Source of the DNA: Desulfobacterales bacterium
GTDB lineage: Bacteria; Desulfobacterota; Desulfobacteria; Desulfobacterales; JAUYIZ01
Length of the DNA stretch: 64,000 nt
Reading direction: 5' to 3'
NCBI GenBank assembly: GCA_030688615.1
Contig: JAUYIZ010000069.1
Span: forward strand, 1,230-65,229
Shown: piece after piece, positions 29,025 to 37,871 of the stretch
How the letters are laid out: every line of letters begins with the position of its first letter
How positions within the stretch are numbered: the first letter of the stretch is position 1
The notes under the pieces: generated by a model
The model's database searches: none
What the model was told of the DNA's origin: nothing
Seen by the model: the letters and a program-made list of their open reading frames with translations, nothing else
Made by a program: the position numbers and the translations under genes

Positions 29025-30060
29025 AACGTCGATCATCAAAGACCTTTCACCGGGCTATTTTGCCCTTGTCATGGCCACGGGCATTGTTTCGATTGCCGCC
29101 TCTTTGCTCAATCTTAAGAGTTTTGCGATTGGCCTATTTTGGATCAATTTAATTTCTTATGGTGTTCTTGTGGTTTTTACTTTGTTGCGGCTCTGCTTTT
29201 TTCTGCCACGTGTTTGCAATGATTTAACCGACCATGGGAGAGGGCCGGGTTTTTTCACCTTTATCGCTGGGTCTTGTATTCTGGGAGTTCAGTTTGTCCT
29301 TTTTCAAAGAAACTTTTTTGCCGCCGGTCTTTTGTGGGGTACCGGAATTTTGGGGTGGATCATCGTGATGTATGTTTTTTTCACGGCCGCTACGGTCAGG
29401 CGGGAAAAGCCGGATTTGGAGAAGGGAATCAACGGCGCGTGGCTGATCGCGATTGTGGCCACCCAATCGATTTCTGTTCTGGGGGTCTTCCTCGCGCCTC
29501 ATTTAATAAGGGGAAAAGAAGTCGCGCTCTTCTTCTGCCTTTGCATGTATCTTTTGGGATCAATGCTTTACGTTCTGATCATTTCACTTATTTTTTACCG
29601 GCTGATGTTTGTGAAGGTTGATCCAAGGGACATGACGCCTCTCTACTGGATTAATATGGGCGCTGTTGCGATCACGACTTTAGCGGGCGCCACCTTGATT
29701 ATCAATGTCTCCCTTTGGGCGTTTTTGGAGGAAGTAGCCGGTTTTTTAAAAGGATTTACGCTTTTTTTCTGGAGCACCGGCACCTGGTGGATTCCCATGC
29801 TCCTGATTCTGGGTTTTTGGCGCCATGTTTACCGGGGTGAGATGCTAAAATATGATCCCCAATACTGGGGAATGGTTTTTCCGCTTGGCATGTATACCGT
29901 CTGCACTTTCCGTCTGGCGGAAGCGCTCAAAATCGATTTTTTATTCTGGATTCCCCGGTATTTTATTATTTTGCCGTTAATTGCTTGGGGGATCACTTTT
30001 ACGGGAATGCTTGTGCATATGGCGTCGTCAATCTATAAAAGAAATCCTGAAGCATTGTAA
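29011..30060 (+). CDS. TDT (TehA/Mae1/SLAC1-like) family anion transporter
   Basis: ~10 TM segments. N-terminal LSPGYFALVMATGIVSIA and the overall pattern are typical of tellurite-resistance/dicarboxylate transporter family proteins. Confidence 0.6.
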   Translation: MTLFKTSIIKDLSPGYFALVMATGIVSIAASLLNLKSFAIGLFWINLISYGVLVVFTLLRLCFFLPRVCNDLTDHGRGPGFFTFIAGSCILGVQFVLFQRNFFAAGLLWGTGILGWIIVMYVFFTAATVRREKPDLEKGINGAWLIAIVATQSISVLGVFLAPHLIRGKEVALFFCLCMYLLGSMLYVLIISLIFYRLMFVKVDPRDMTPLYWINMGAVAITTLAGATLIINVSLWAFLEEVAGFLKGFTLFFWSTGTWWIPMLLILGFWRHVYRGEMLKYDPQYWGMVFPLGMYTVCTFRLAEALKIDFLFWIPRYFIILPLIAWGITFTGMLVHMASSIYKRNPEAL

Positions 30061-30065
30061 AAAAA

Positions 30066-30188
30066 TCTTCGATCACGGAAATTTAACGCATTGCGTGTTG
30101 CCATGAGTTCCGTGACGGGGTCATCCCGGAAACGGCGTGGCCTGCCGATCCCTCGCCGCTCTGCCGCGGGGTGAATAGCCAAGGAGAT
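30066..30188 (+). ncRNA. candidate Moco riboswitch upstream of moaA
   Basis: tCTTCGAtCACGG ... CCGTGAcgg, GGAAACGG, GGCCTGCCGATCCC, a GC-rich hairpin (cgccgctctgccgcgg) and a terminal AGCCAAGGAGatg. It is collinear with the element at 23994..24122 and sits at the classic moaA-leader position. Confidence 0.5.
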
Positions 30189-30191
30189 GAA

Positions 30192-31190
30192 ATGGAAACT
30201 GAGAAACTCTACGATTCTTTCGGAAGGCGTGTCCGCTCTCTTCGAATTTCTCTGACCGAGCTTTGTAATTTTCGATGCATTTATTGCACGACTTCGTCTA
30301 TTTCCATTCTCCCGTCTTCGCATTACTTAACTCGCTATGAGATCCACCGGTTCGTGTGCATTGCAAACAAGCTCGGGATCGAGAAAGTCCGCCTTACCGG
30401 AGGCGAGCCGATGCTGCGGGAAGATATTGTCGAGATTGTACAATCTGTAAAGACCACAGGAACGCAAGAGGTTTCCATCACGACCAACGGGAGCCGGCTT
30501 GCTCCGATGCTTTCGGCTTTAAAAAAAGCGGGACTTGACCGCATTAACATCAGTCTCGATAGCATGAATGCTGAGCGCTTCCGCGAAGTGACTTTAGTTC
30601 ATGCCTTCCGGGAAGTGATGCAATCTGTGTTTCTTGCCCTTAAGGCAGGTTTTCCCGTGAAGCTGAATATGGTGGCTTTGAAGGGATTGACGCGGGATGA
30701 GATTCTTGAGTTTGTCGGCCTCGCCCGGGATTGGCCACTTGATGTCCGGTTTTTAGAATTTATGCCCTTGTGCGGGGAGGCCTGGCGTCCGGACCTGGTT
30801 TTTCCCATCGGAGAGATCAGGAGCATTGTTCAAGATCACTTTCAGTTGGAAGAAATCCCTCGTGACGATGCGCCCGCTCAAACTTTCCGTTTGATTTCCG
30901 GGAAAGGGCGTGTTGGGTTTATCGGTTCTCTCACGGAATCTTTTTGTGATCAGTGTTCACGCATCCGCTTGACCGCGGACGGTAATATCAGACCATGCCT
31001 TTTTTCCGGGACCCAAGTCCCGATTAAAGCACTCTTGCGTGAAAATGCCCCCGACGCCGCGATTGCAGCCGCAATTCGGGAAGCGGTGCGGATCAAACCG
31101 GCCGGGAACGCCTTTCGCAATCAGTCTTTTGATTCGTCTGAAGAAACCTTGCGCGGTGCCGGCCCGGCCATTAGAAAAACAGGAGGGTGA
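30192..31190 (+). CDS. moaA: GTP 3',8-cyclase MoaA
   Basis: FGRRVRSLRISLTELCNFRCIYC radical-SAM box, RLTGGEPMLR, and C-terminal CDQCSRIRLTADGNIRPCLF auxiliary cluster motif. ATG 30192 follows AAGGAG. Confidence 0.9.
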   Translation: METEKLYDSFGRRVRSLRISLTELCNFRCIYCTTSSISILPSSHYLTRYEIHRFVCIANKLGIEKVRLTGGEPMLREDIVEIVQSVKTTGTQEVSITTNGSRLAPMLSALKKAGLDRINISLDSMNAERFREVTLVHAFREVMQSVFLALKAGFPVKLNMVALKGLTRDEILEFVGLARDWPLDVRFLEFMPLCGEAWRPDLVFPIGEIRSIVQDHFQLEEIPRDDAPAQTFRLISGKGRVGFIGSLTESFCDQCSRIRLTADGNIRPCLFSGTQVPIKALLRENAPDAAIAAAIREAVRIKPAGNAFRNQSFDSSEETLRGAGPAIRKTGG

Positions 31191-31191
31191 A

Positions 31192-32094
31192 GTGAAATCT
31201 GTTTCGGACAAAATTGAAACCTTAAGGACTGCGGTTGCCGTGAGCACGTTGCGCACGACACCTGACGCAATTGCCCGGCTGAAAACGAATGATCTACCCA
31301 AAAAAGACGCGCTGGTTGTAGCGCGCATTGCCGGGATTTCAGCAGCCAAAAAAACAAGTGATTTGATTCCGTATTGTCATCCCATTCCCATTGATGTGGT
31401 GGAAATTAATTTTGAGATTCTGCCTGAAAAAATTATCATCACATCGACGGTTGAATCCATCGCCAAGACCGGCGTGGAGATGGAAGCTTTGACCGGCGCT
31501 AGCATCGCGGCGCTTACCCTTTATGACATGCTGAAGCCGCTGGATCAGGAAATGGAGATTGTTTCCACAAAGCTTTTTTCTAAAAAGGGCGGCAAGTCGT
31601 CTCATAAGGAGTGGGTCCCCCAGGGGTTTCAGGCGGCCGTGATCGTGACTTCTGACGGCACGTTCGAGGGGAAGCGCGAGGATAAATCAGGGCAAATTAT
31701 CAAAGAACGGCTTGAAGCATATGGGATTACGCCCAGTTATATGATCCTTCCCGATGATAAAGATGCTATTTGCGCAAAGCTAAAAGAATTATGTTTGCAA
31801 GGTATCGCCCTTATTTTCACAACAGGGGGAACGGGTCTCGGCCCTCGGGATGTTACGGTTGAGGCAGCCCGCGAGATCATGGATCGCGATGTTCCGGGCA
31901 TCATGGAAGCTGCCCGCGCTTATGGTCAGAGACGGACTCCTTATGCCATGCTTTCCCGTGGTTTGGCGGCACAGAAAGGCAAGACTTTGATCCTGAATCT
32001 TCCCGGTTCCTCCAACGGTGTCCGGGAGACGTTAAATGCAATTTTTCCGGGTGTCCTGCATGCGTATGGAATGATGGAGGGAGCCGGGCATTAA
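31192..32094 (+). CDS. moaC: bifunctional MoaC (cyclic pyranopterin monophosphate synthase) - MoaB/MogA-like fusion
   Basis: N-terminal half has AKKTSDLIPYCHPIPID ... GVEMEALTGASIAALTLYDM (MoaC). C-terminal half has AAVIVTSDG ... IFTTGGTGLGPRDVT ... LNLPGS (MogA/MoaB fold). GTG 31192 follows AGGAGGG and abuts the moaA stop. Confidence 0.85.
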   Translation: MKSVSDKIETLRTAVAVSTLRTTPDAIARLKTNDLPKKDALVVARIAGISAAKKTSDLIPYCHPIPIDVVEINFEILPEKIIITSTVESIAKTGVEMEALTGASIAALTLYDMLKPLDQEMEIVSTKLFSKKGGKSSHKEWVPQGFQAAVIVTSDGTFEGKREDKSGQIIKERLEAYGITPSYMILPDDKDAICAKLKELCLQGIALIFTTGGTGLGPRDVTVEAAREIMDRDVPGIMEAARAYGQRRTPYAMLSRGLAAQKGKTLILNLPGSSNGVRETLNAIFPGVLHAYGMMEGAGH

Positions 32095-32097
32095 ACT

Positions 32098-32730
32098 ATG
32101 AAGAAGAGTGACATGAATCGTGTTTCCATTCATTACGGAAAGAAGGCACGGCATTACGACCACAGGTGGTCTGCTTATCTTCATGTCACACTGGGCGAGG
32201 CGCTTTCCGGCTTGCATCTTAGCGGTACGGAGCGGGTGCTTGACGTCGGTTGCGGGACCGGCGAGCTTGAAAGAATGGCCATTGAAAAATTTCCGCAGAT
32301 TGCCATCGTGGGCGTGGATATGACGGCGGCGATGCTCGAAAGGGCCCGTGAAAAGATGGCCGCTTTTCCCCGCATAAGGTTTGAAACCGGAGAGGCTGAG
32401 GCGCTTCCTTTTGAAGTCCAGAGCTATGATGTGGTTATCCTTGCGAATGTCTTTCACCATGTGAGGCATCCCGAAACCGTACTGGCCGAGTGCACACGGG
32501 TGCTGCGTTCCGGTGGAAAACTCGTTTTGGTGGATTGGTGCATGGACTTTTGGTTTCAGCGGTGGATGCATTATTGGCATCAGAGGACGAACCCCACTTA
32601 TGTCAAGACATACAGGGTGGCGGAAGCAGGCGAAAGGCTGCGGCAGGCCGGGTTTGTTGTTGAAGAAACACATCGTTTCATCGCGCCGCCTCTTTACGGA
32701 ATGATGAGACTTAGAGCGAGAAAAATATGA
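32098..32730 (+). CDS. class I SAM-dependent methyltransferase
   Basis: Motif I VLDVGCGTGEL and post-I/II pattern (VVILANVFHHV). 210 aa. Confidence 0.75.
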   Translation: MKKSDMNRVSIHYGKKARHYDHRWSAYLHVTLGEALSGLHLSGTERVLDVGCGTGELERMAIEKFPQIAIVGVDMTAAMLERAREKMAAFPRIRFETGEAEALPFEVQSYDVVILANVFHHVRHPETVLAECTRVLRSGGKLVLVDWCMDFWFQRWMHYWHQRTNPTYVKTYRVAEAGERLRQAGFVVEETHRFIAPPLYGMMRLRARKI

Positions 32731-33494
32731 CGGAAGCATTGACTCTCGATACTGGATACTGGCTTTGTCTCGCGTTTTTTTTGGTCGCTTTCCTTTACTC
32801 CATGGTGGGATTCGGGGGAGGATCGTCTTATTTGGCGATTTTAGTTTTGGCAGGTCTTCCTTATCAGAGTATTCCTGCGACAGCCTTGGTTTGTAACCTG
32901 ATTGTAACCTCCGGCTGCTGCTGGTATTTTTACCGCGCCGGTCATTTCAAGTTGAGAAATGTGCTTCCGTTTATTGTGTTGTCCATTCCCATGGCCTACG
33001 TTGGCGGCAGCATTTCCATCACCAAAGATTTCTTTTGTCTCCTTCTCGGGATCTCGCTTTTAGCTGTGGCGGTGAGAATGTTTTTACCGGCAGAGCGGTT
33101 TGAGGTCACCAAAGACATTTCATGGCAGCAGGCTTGGGCCGTAGGACTTCCCGCGGGGGCATTGCTTGGTTTTCTTGCAGGACTTGTGGGTATCGGCGGG
33201 GGCATCTTCTTAAGCCCTTTGCTCCTTTTTATGAGATGGGTCAACGTCAAGGAAGCCGCGGCAAGCGCCAGTTTTTTCATTATGGCTAACTCGCTCTCGG
33301 GATTGACCGGGCAGATGCAAAAAGGGACGGCCCATCTTGAGTGGATTTTTCCATTGGGTTTGGCGGTCTTCCTCGGTGGGCAGATCGGTTCAAGGATGGG
33401 TGCTTATCGAATCCCAAAATTGAGGTTGCAACAATTATTGGCGGGCCTGGTGCTTTATGTTGCCGTCAAATTACTCATGGAGGCAGCCGCATGA
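32727..33494 (+). CDS. TauE/SafE (TSUP) family anion exporter
   Basis: 8-TM protein with duplicated GxGGG motifs (VGFGGGSSYL; VGIGGGIFLSPLL) typical of the TSUP/TauE family. Confidence 0.75.
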   Translation: MTEALTLDTGYWLCLAFFLVAFLYSMVGFGGGSSYLAILVLAGLPYQSIPATALVCNLIVTSGCCWYFYRAGHFKLRNVLPFIVLSIPMAYVGGSISITKDFFCLLLGISLLAVAVRMFLPAERFEVTKDISWQQAWAVGLPAGALLGFLAGLVGIGGGIFLSPLLLFMRWVNVKEAAASASFFIMANSLSGLTGQMQKGTAHLEWIFPLGLAVFLGGQIGSRMGAYRIPKLRLQQLLAGLVLYVAVKLLMEAAA

Positions 33495-34717
33495 TTTCAT
33501 TCGAACAAGCGCGACATTTGATTGAAAGAAATATCCCGCGTTTGAGGAAAAAAACCGTAAAGATTCAGCATGCCCTTGGTTTTGTCCTGGCTGAGAATGT
33601 ACGTGCGCCGATCGATCTTCCAGTCGCGGATAATTCGGCGATGGATGGTTTTGTTCTGCGTTCCGCTGAAACACGGCATGCCCGGAGCGGGAAACCTGTT
33701 TCGTTTAGGATTCGTGGTGACATCAAAGCCGGAGATAAGCAAAATCGCAGGGTGAAAAAGCATGAAGCCTGCCGCATCATGACAGGCGCATTTATTCCAA
33801 AAGGCGCGGATACGGTGATCCCAAAGGAGGAGGCAATCGTCAAGGGCGACTCTCTTGTCATCGATCAGTGTATTCCCGCGGGACGTCATATCCGCTATCA
33901 AGGGGAGGAGATCGCCAGAGGCAGAAAAGTTCTGGATAAAGGTTCTCTGATTCATCCGGCGACGGTAGGGGTCCTGGCGATGCTGGGAAAAGATCAAGTG
34001 ACTGTTTTTGATAGACCCAAAGTTTCGCTGATCACAACGGGCAATGAACTTGTAAAGCCCGGTAGTTCGCTGAGACCGGGGCAGATCTACGATAGTAATT
34101 CCTGGATGATTCAATCCGCCCTCGAAAACATGGGGATTCCTCCGTTAAGAGTCAGCCGGGTCAAAGACAGCCGCGGAAAGCTGGGAAGTGCGGCAGATAC
34201 TGCGCTTAAGCAAAGCGACATTCTCATCCTTATGGGTGGCGTTTCGGTCGGAAAATATGACTATGTAAAAGATATTCTAAAAGAGGCCGGAGTCAGGAAG
34301 GTTTTCTGGAAGGTCAGTCAAAAGCCCGGCAAGCCGCTTTATTTCGGGAGAAAAGGGCAGACGATAGTTTTTGGCCTGCCAGGAAATCCCGCCAGTGTAT
34401 TTACGTGTTTTTATGAGTATGTATTTCCTGCACTTCGTCGCATGTCTGGCTTTCGCGGTTCTTACCCGCATCGGGAATTGGCCAGGATTCGGACGGCGGT
34501 AAAGCCGGATCAAAAAAAAACCCTGTTTTTGAAAGCGAAAATTACAATAAATGGAAAGGGAAAAACCGTCATCCCTCTCGGACGGCAGAGCTCCCATATG
34601 ATTTCATCTTTGCAGGACGCCAATTGTTTTATCGCGATTCCGCCGTCGCGGAGGACTGTCCGAAAGGGTCAAAGAGTCCGGGTTGACCTGTTACCTGCTA
34701 GGAACGGTGACTTATGA
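33491..34717 (+). CDS. moeA: molybdopterin molybdenumtransferase MoeA
   Basis: ADNSAMDGF, IMTGAFIPKGADTVIP, ITTGNEL, MGGVSVGKYDY and GLPGNPAS are canonical MoeA motifs. ATG 33491 overlaps the upstream stop. Confidence 0.9.
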   Translation: MISFEQARHLIERNIPRLRKKTVKIQHALGFVLAENVRAPIDLPVADNSAMDGFVLRSAETRHARSGKPVSFRIRGDIKAGDKQNRRVKKHEACRIMTGAFIPKGADTVIPKEEAIVKGDSLVIDQCIPAGRHIRYQGEEIARGRKVLDKGSLIHPATVGVLAMLGKDQVTVFDRPKVSLITTGNELVKPGSSLRPGQIYDSNSWMIQSALENMGIPPLRVSRVKDSRGKLGSAADTALKQSDILILMGGVSVGKYDYVKDILKEAGVRKVFWKVSQKPGKPLYFGRKGQTIVFGLPGNPASVFTCFYEYVFPALRRMSGFRGSYPHRELARIRTAVKPDQKKTLFLKAKITINGKGKTVIPLGRQSSHMISSLQDANCFIAIPPSRRTVRKGQRVRVDLLPARNGDL

Positions 34718-34959
34718 CTATTAAGATTCTTTTCTTTGCCCAGCTCAAAGATGCATTTGGAACGGGCGAGCGCACTATAGAGATCCAGGAGGGGCTAACG
34801 GTTGGTGAAGCAGTCCAAGCTTTATTTAAGGAGGCTGGGGTCTCTCGTTTGAAGGGGTTACCCGTCCTTTACTCGGTCAACGAAGACTTCACCGACGAAA
34901 ATCGGGAGTTGAAAGATAACGATACACTGGCCTTACTACCGCCCGTCGCTGGAGGATGA
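34714..34959 (+). CDS. moaD: molybdopterin synthase sulfur-carrier subunit MoaD
   Basis: 81 aa with a ubiquitin-like pattern, ending in ...LLPPVAGG (C-terminal Gly-Gly). Confidence 0.85.
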   Translation: MTIKILFFAQLKDAFGTGERTIEIQEGLTVGEAVQALFKEAGVSRLKGLPVLYSVNEDFTDENRELKDNDTLALLPPVAGG

Positions 34960-35390
34960 AAATGCATATTACCCATGAACCGATTTCCGTGGAGGCATTC
35001 CTTAAGGAAAAACCAGATGCTTCATGCGGGGCTTCCGTTCACTTTATCGGTACGGTCCGGAATCATCAGGACGGCAGGGCTGTCAAAAGACTCTATTACG
35101 AATGTTACGAATCTATGGCGGATAAACAGATCGCCGCGATCATGGATCGCGTAACCCGTACTTATGGTGTAGACCAGATACGGGTACTGCACCGCGTGGG
35201 ATGGCTCGAGGTTGGCGATGTGGCCATTATCATCAAAACGAGCTCGGCCCACCGTCAAGAAGCCTTCACGGCCTGCCGTACTGTGGTTGAGGAGATTAAG
35301 AAGAAAGTCCCCATCTGGAAGAAAGAAGTTTATGGAGATGGCACGAGTGAATGGATCCTTTGTTCTCATTCTGCAGAGGTGACTTCATGA
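34956..35390 (+). CDS. moaE: molybdopterin synthase catalytic subunit MoaE
   Basis: GASVHFIGTVRN ... LEVGDVAIIIKTSSAHRQEAF ... IKKKVPIWKKE are typical MoaE motifs. Overlaps the moaD stop. Confidence 0.85.
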   Translation: MKMHITHEPISVEAFLKEKPDASCGASVHFIGTVRNHQDGRAVKRLYYECYESMADKQIAAIMDRVTRTYGVDQIRVLHRVGWLEVGDVAIIIKTSSAHRQEAFTACRTVVEEIKKKVPIWKKEVYGDGTSEWILCSHSAEVTS

Positions 35391-36025
35391 AATTTCAAGG
35401 CATCGTATTGGCGGGTGGCAAAAGCAGCCGTTTTGGGGAAGATAAAGCCCTGGCTTTAGTTGATGGAATGCCAATGATCCAGAGGACCGTTAATCTTTTA
35501 ACGGAGCTTCAACTTGATCCGTGTGTGATTACCAATGCATCGCGGGATTATTCCTTTTTGACATGCCGGATCGAACGGGATTTGGTCCCGGACAAGGGCC
35601 CGATGGGAGGCCTTTACACTGCCGGCTGCCTATTCGAGGATTGCTCGCTTGTCGTCCTGACCTGCGATATGCCCGCATTGACGTCTGCATCTGTCAGATA
35701 TTTGATCGAGCGGCATAAGAAAGATAATGGAGCAACCGTCTATTCTTGCAAGGAAAATTTTAAGCACCCTTTTCCGGGTGTCTATGAAACATCACTGCGT
35801 GATTCGATTAGTAAGTTTATCGAAATAAAACAAATGTCCATGCAGGAGCTTTTCAAAGCCATTCCGGAAATAAACGTTCTTGGATTTCCGTTTGATCAAG
35901 GCATGCTCTCAAATATTAACGAAAAAAGAGATTTGAATTACCACCCTTTTTTGGAAAATAATTTCCTTCATACCAAGATCAAAGGTAAGAAGATTAGAAA
36001 TGTGAAGAGGGGATCTCGCTTTTAA
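35387..36025 (+). CDS. mobA: molybdenum cofactor guanylyltransferase MobA
   Basis: GIVLAGGKSSRFGEDKAL N-terminal nucleotide-binding motif, DKGPMGGL and TCDMP motifs. Confidence 0.8.
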   Translation: MKFQGIVLAGGKSSRFGEDKALALVDGMPMIQRTVNLLTELQLDPCVITNASRDYSFLTCRIERDLVPDKGPMGGLYTAGCLFEDCSLVVLTCDMPALTSASVRYLIERHKKDNGATVYSCKENFKHPFPGVYETSLRDSISKFIEIKQMSMQELFKAIPEINVLGFPFDQGMLSNINEKRDLNYHPFLENNFLHTKIKGKKIRNVKRGSRF

Positions 36026-36027
36026 CC

Positions 36028-36052
36028 TATAGTGGCCCCGGAATACTGGACC
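36028..36052. repeat. candidate IS terminal inverted repeat (partner of 8121..8146)
   Basis: TATAGTGGCCCCGGaatactggacc. The first 14 nt are the exact reverse complement of 8133..8146, and 6 of the next 11 positions also match. It starts TG if trimmed to TGGCCCC. It lies 3 nt after the mobA stop, at the edge of the mobile-element debris zone. Confidence 0.3.
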
Positions 36053-36271
36053 ATCGGCAAAATGATACGCTTTCTCGAAGCCGATATGCGGGACATGGTG
36101 AAGGTCATCTGGCGGCGCAAAATTTCAGCGGCGACGCTCATCCGTTTATGGGCGCGCGCGTTGCGGCGGAGCGCGCTGAGTCTCGAGGCCGGCCAATTCC
36201 GCGAACATGTGCATTATTTTTGAAACGCAACGGGCGCCGGCGGAAGCCCGCACAATCGTAAGGGGTACCTT

Positions 36272-36289
36272 AATACTTGAAATACTTGA
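36272..36289. repeat. tandem 9-bp direct repeat AATACTTGA x2
   Basis: Read directly: ttAATACTTGAAATACTTGAtaatt, about 55 nt upstream of the radical-SAM gene start. Confidence 0.6.
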
Positions 36290-36343
36290 TAATTCCGGCC
36301 GTTACATAGGGCTGGTATACTTTAGCCTGAGGGGGGGAATTTA

Positions 36344-37759
36344 ATGCGGAAGACCGTTGGTGAGATGTGCCGGGTCGGATTTATCTTTCCGAGCAGCGAT
36401 TACCTTTTTGATCCTTTCCGCGGGGACCCGCACACGCATTTTCAGATCCTCACGGTGCTGGAAGACCGATTTGGCAGCCGGGTTCAACTTTTTTTGCCGG
36501 ACCTGCGCGGCATCAAACGCGAATTTGCCCTCTACCATATTCCGGAATGTGATATTTATCTTTATTCCGTTTATTCCCTCGATTTCGAAGAGTTGAATTT
36601 TTTGGTTCAAGGCCTTCGGGAGCGCTACCCCAAAAGCAAACACATCGGAGGAGGCCCTCATGCGGCGCTTTTTTCGGAGGCCTGCCTGAAAATCTACGAT
36701 GCCTTGATTTTAGGGGAGGGCGAGGAAGTTATGGTCTCGGCGGTTGAGGATGTCATGACGTCGCGGGAGCTCAAGCCCATTTACCGGCAGGACCATCCCC
36801 TCGATATCAATCAATTTCCATTTCCGCGCAGGAAATACCTGCCCGCCGCCACGGTCGCCCGAAAAGGGCTGATGGCGATGAAAAAAAAGCCGGGTTATGA
36901 CCAACTGCTTTCGGCGACCGTGATGTTCAGCCGCGGCTGTCCCTATAACTGCGCCTTTTGTGCGATCCCGTCCGTCAAGAAATTCAGCCCCGGAATCCGC
37001 TACCGCAAGCCCCATCTGATCGAAGAGGAAATTCGTTATCTGATGCAGGCATACGGCATGCAGGGCATCAGCCTCTTGGATGAAATTGCGATCCCGCTGA
37101 AACGGGACGCGGCGATTGCGCATCTCGAGGCAATTGGAAAAACCGGCATCCGGTGGAGAGGACAGACGCGAGTTGACAGCCTGACTCCGGAAATCGCCCG
37201 GCTGGCGTGTGAATCCGGATGTCTGACGCTCAGCCTGGGCGTTGAAACCCCTTCCCAGCGGGCGCTCGACATCGTCCATAAAAATATCGATGTGGCGCGA
37301 TCCAAAGAGACCATTGCACTCCTCAAAAAAAACGATATTGAATGCCGCGTCTACTTGGTCAGCGGCATGCCGGGAGAGCCCGAAGACATTGTGGACCAGA
37401 CCATGGCCTTTCTTGAAGAGACCCAGCCGGACACGGTGATGGTTTCCCTGTTTACCGTCCGCCCCGGCACCGCAGTTTACGAGCATCCCGAGCGTTTCGG
37501 CATTAAACAGTTATTTACGGACTGGAAAAACATGATGAATCTCCAGAATCGATATGAATCCGAGGATATCAAGCTGACCTTTGAGTATGAAGAAAAAACC
37601 CCTTGGGGGAGGGGGTTCAGCCGGGAACAAATTATCCGGAATTTTGTCGAGCTTCAGAAAAGGATCCGGGAAAAGGGCATGAGCTCGGTGCTCTACAAGG
37701 GGCCGGGGGATGACGGAAGTGGTGCCCGCCGAAGCAGAGATCGTAAAAAAGATTTATGA
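36344..37759 (+). CDS. B12-binding-domain radical SAM protein
   Basis: Radical-SAM box FSRGCPYNCAFCAIP preceded by a ~170-aa Rossmann-like N-terminal region (HIGGGPHAALF), typical of class B (cobalamin-binding) radical SAM enzymes. Confidence 0.65.
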   Translation: MRKTVGEMCRVGFIFPSSDYLFDPFRGDPHTHFQILTVLEDRFGSRVQLFLPDLRGIKREFALYHIPECDIYLYSVYSLDFEELNFLVQGLRERYPKSKHIGGGPHAALFSEACLKIYDALILGEGEEVMVSAVEDVMTSRELKPIYRQDHPLDINQFPFPRRKYLPAATVARKGLMAMKKKPGYDQLLSATVMFSRGCPYNCAFCAIPSVKKFSPGIRYRKPHLIEEEIRYLMQAYGMQGISLLDEIAIPLKRDAAIAHLEAIGKTGIRWRGQTRVDSLTPEIARLACESGCLTLSLGVETPSQRALDIVHKNIDVARSKETIALLKKNDIECRVYLVSGMPGEPEDIVDQTMAFLEETQPDTVMVSLFTVRPGTAVYEHPERFGIKQLFTDWKNMMNLQNRYESEDIKLTFEYEEKTPWGRGFSREQIIRNFVELQKRIREKGMSSVLYKGPGDDGSGARRSRDRKKDL

Positions 37760-37871
37760 AATGTACCTCTCCAATAAATCTACGGTTAAATTGCGGGACA
37801 TTTTTATAAGCAAAAGGTCAAATTCCGGAGCGGTGGGCGATTTCATGCCAAGCTTATCTGCGATATTCTGA
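37710..37871 (+). pseudogene. large serine recombinase fragment (53 codons)
   Basis: MTEVVPAEAEIVKKIYEMYLSNKSTVKLRDIFISKRSNSG matches the conserved P-EAEIV--IF--Y segment of the recombinase domain of large serine recombinases. There is no catalytic N-domain or C-terminal domain. Confidence 0.5.

Noticed and set aside
32032-32739. 235-aa minus-strand ORF covering the SAM-methyltransferase gene
   Set aside because: The plus-strand product has the VLDVGCGTGEL motif I and fits the operon's overlapping start/stop pattern. The minus-strand product has no motif.
36032-36223. 63-aa plus-strand ORF right after mobA, considered as an IS3 OrfA remnant
   Set aside because: The sequence (..MIRFLEADMRDMVKVIWRRK..) shows no HTH/leucine-zipper OrfA pattern, and I found no coherent transposase-like reading on either strand. 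It is left unannotated apart from the terminal repeat.
36710-37486. 258-aa minus-strand ORF within the B12-radical SAM gene
   Set aside because: It lies antisense to an ORF with a clear CX3CX2C radical-SAM box, and it has no recognisable domain.
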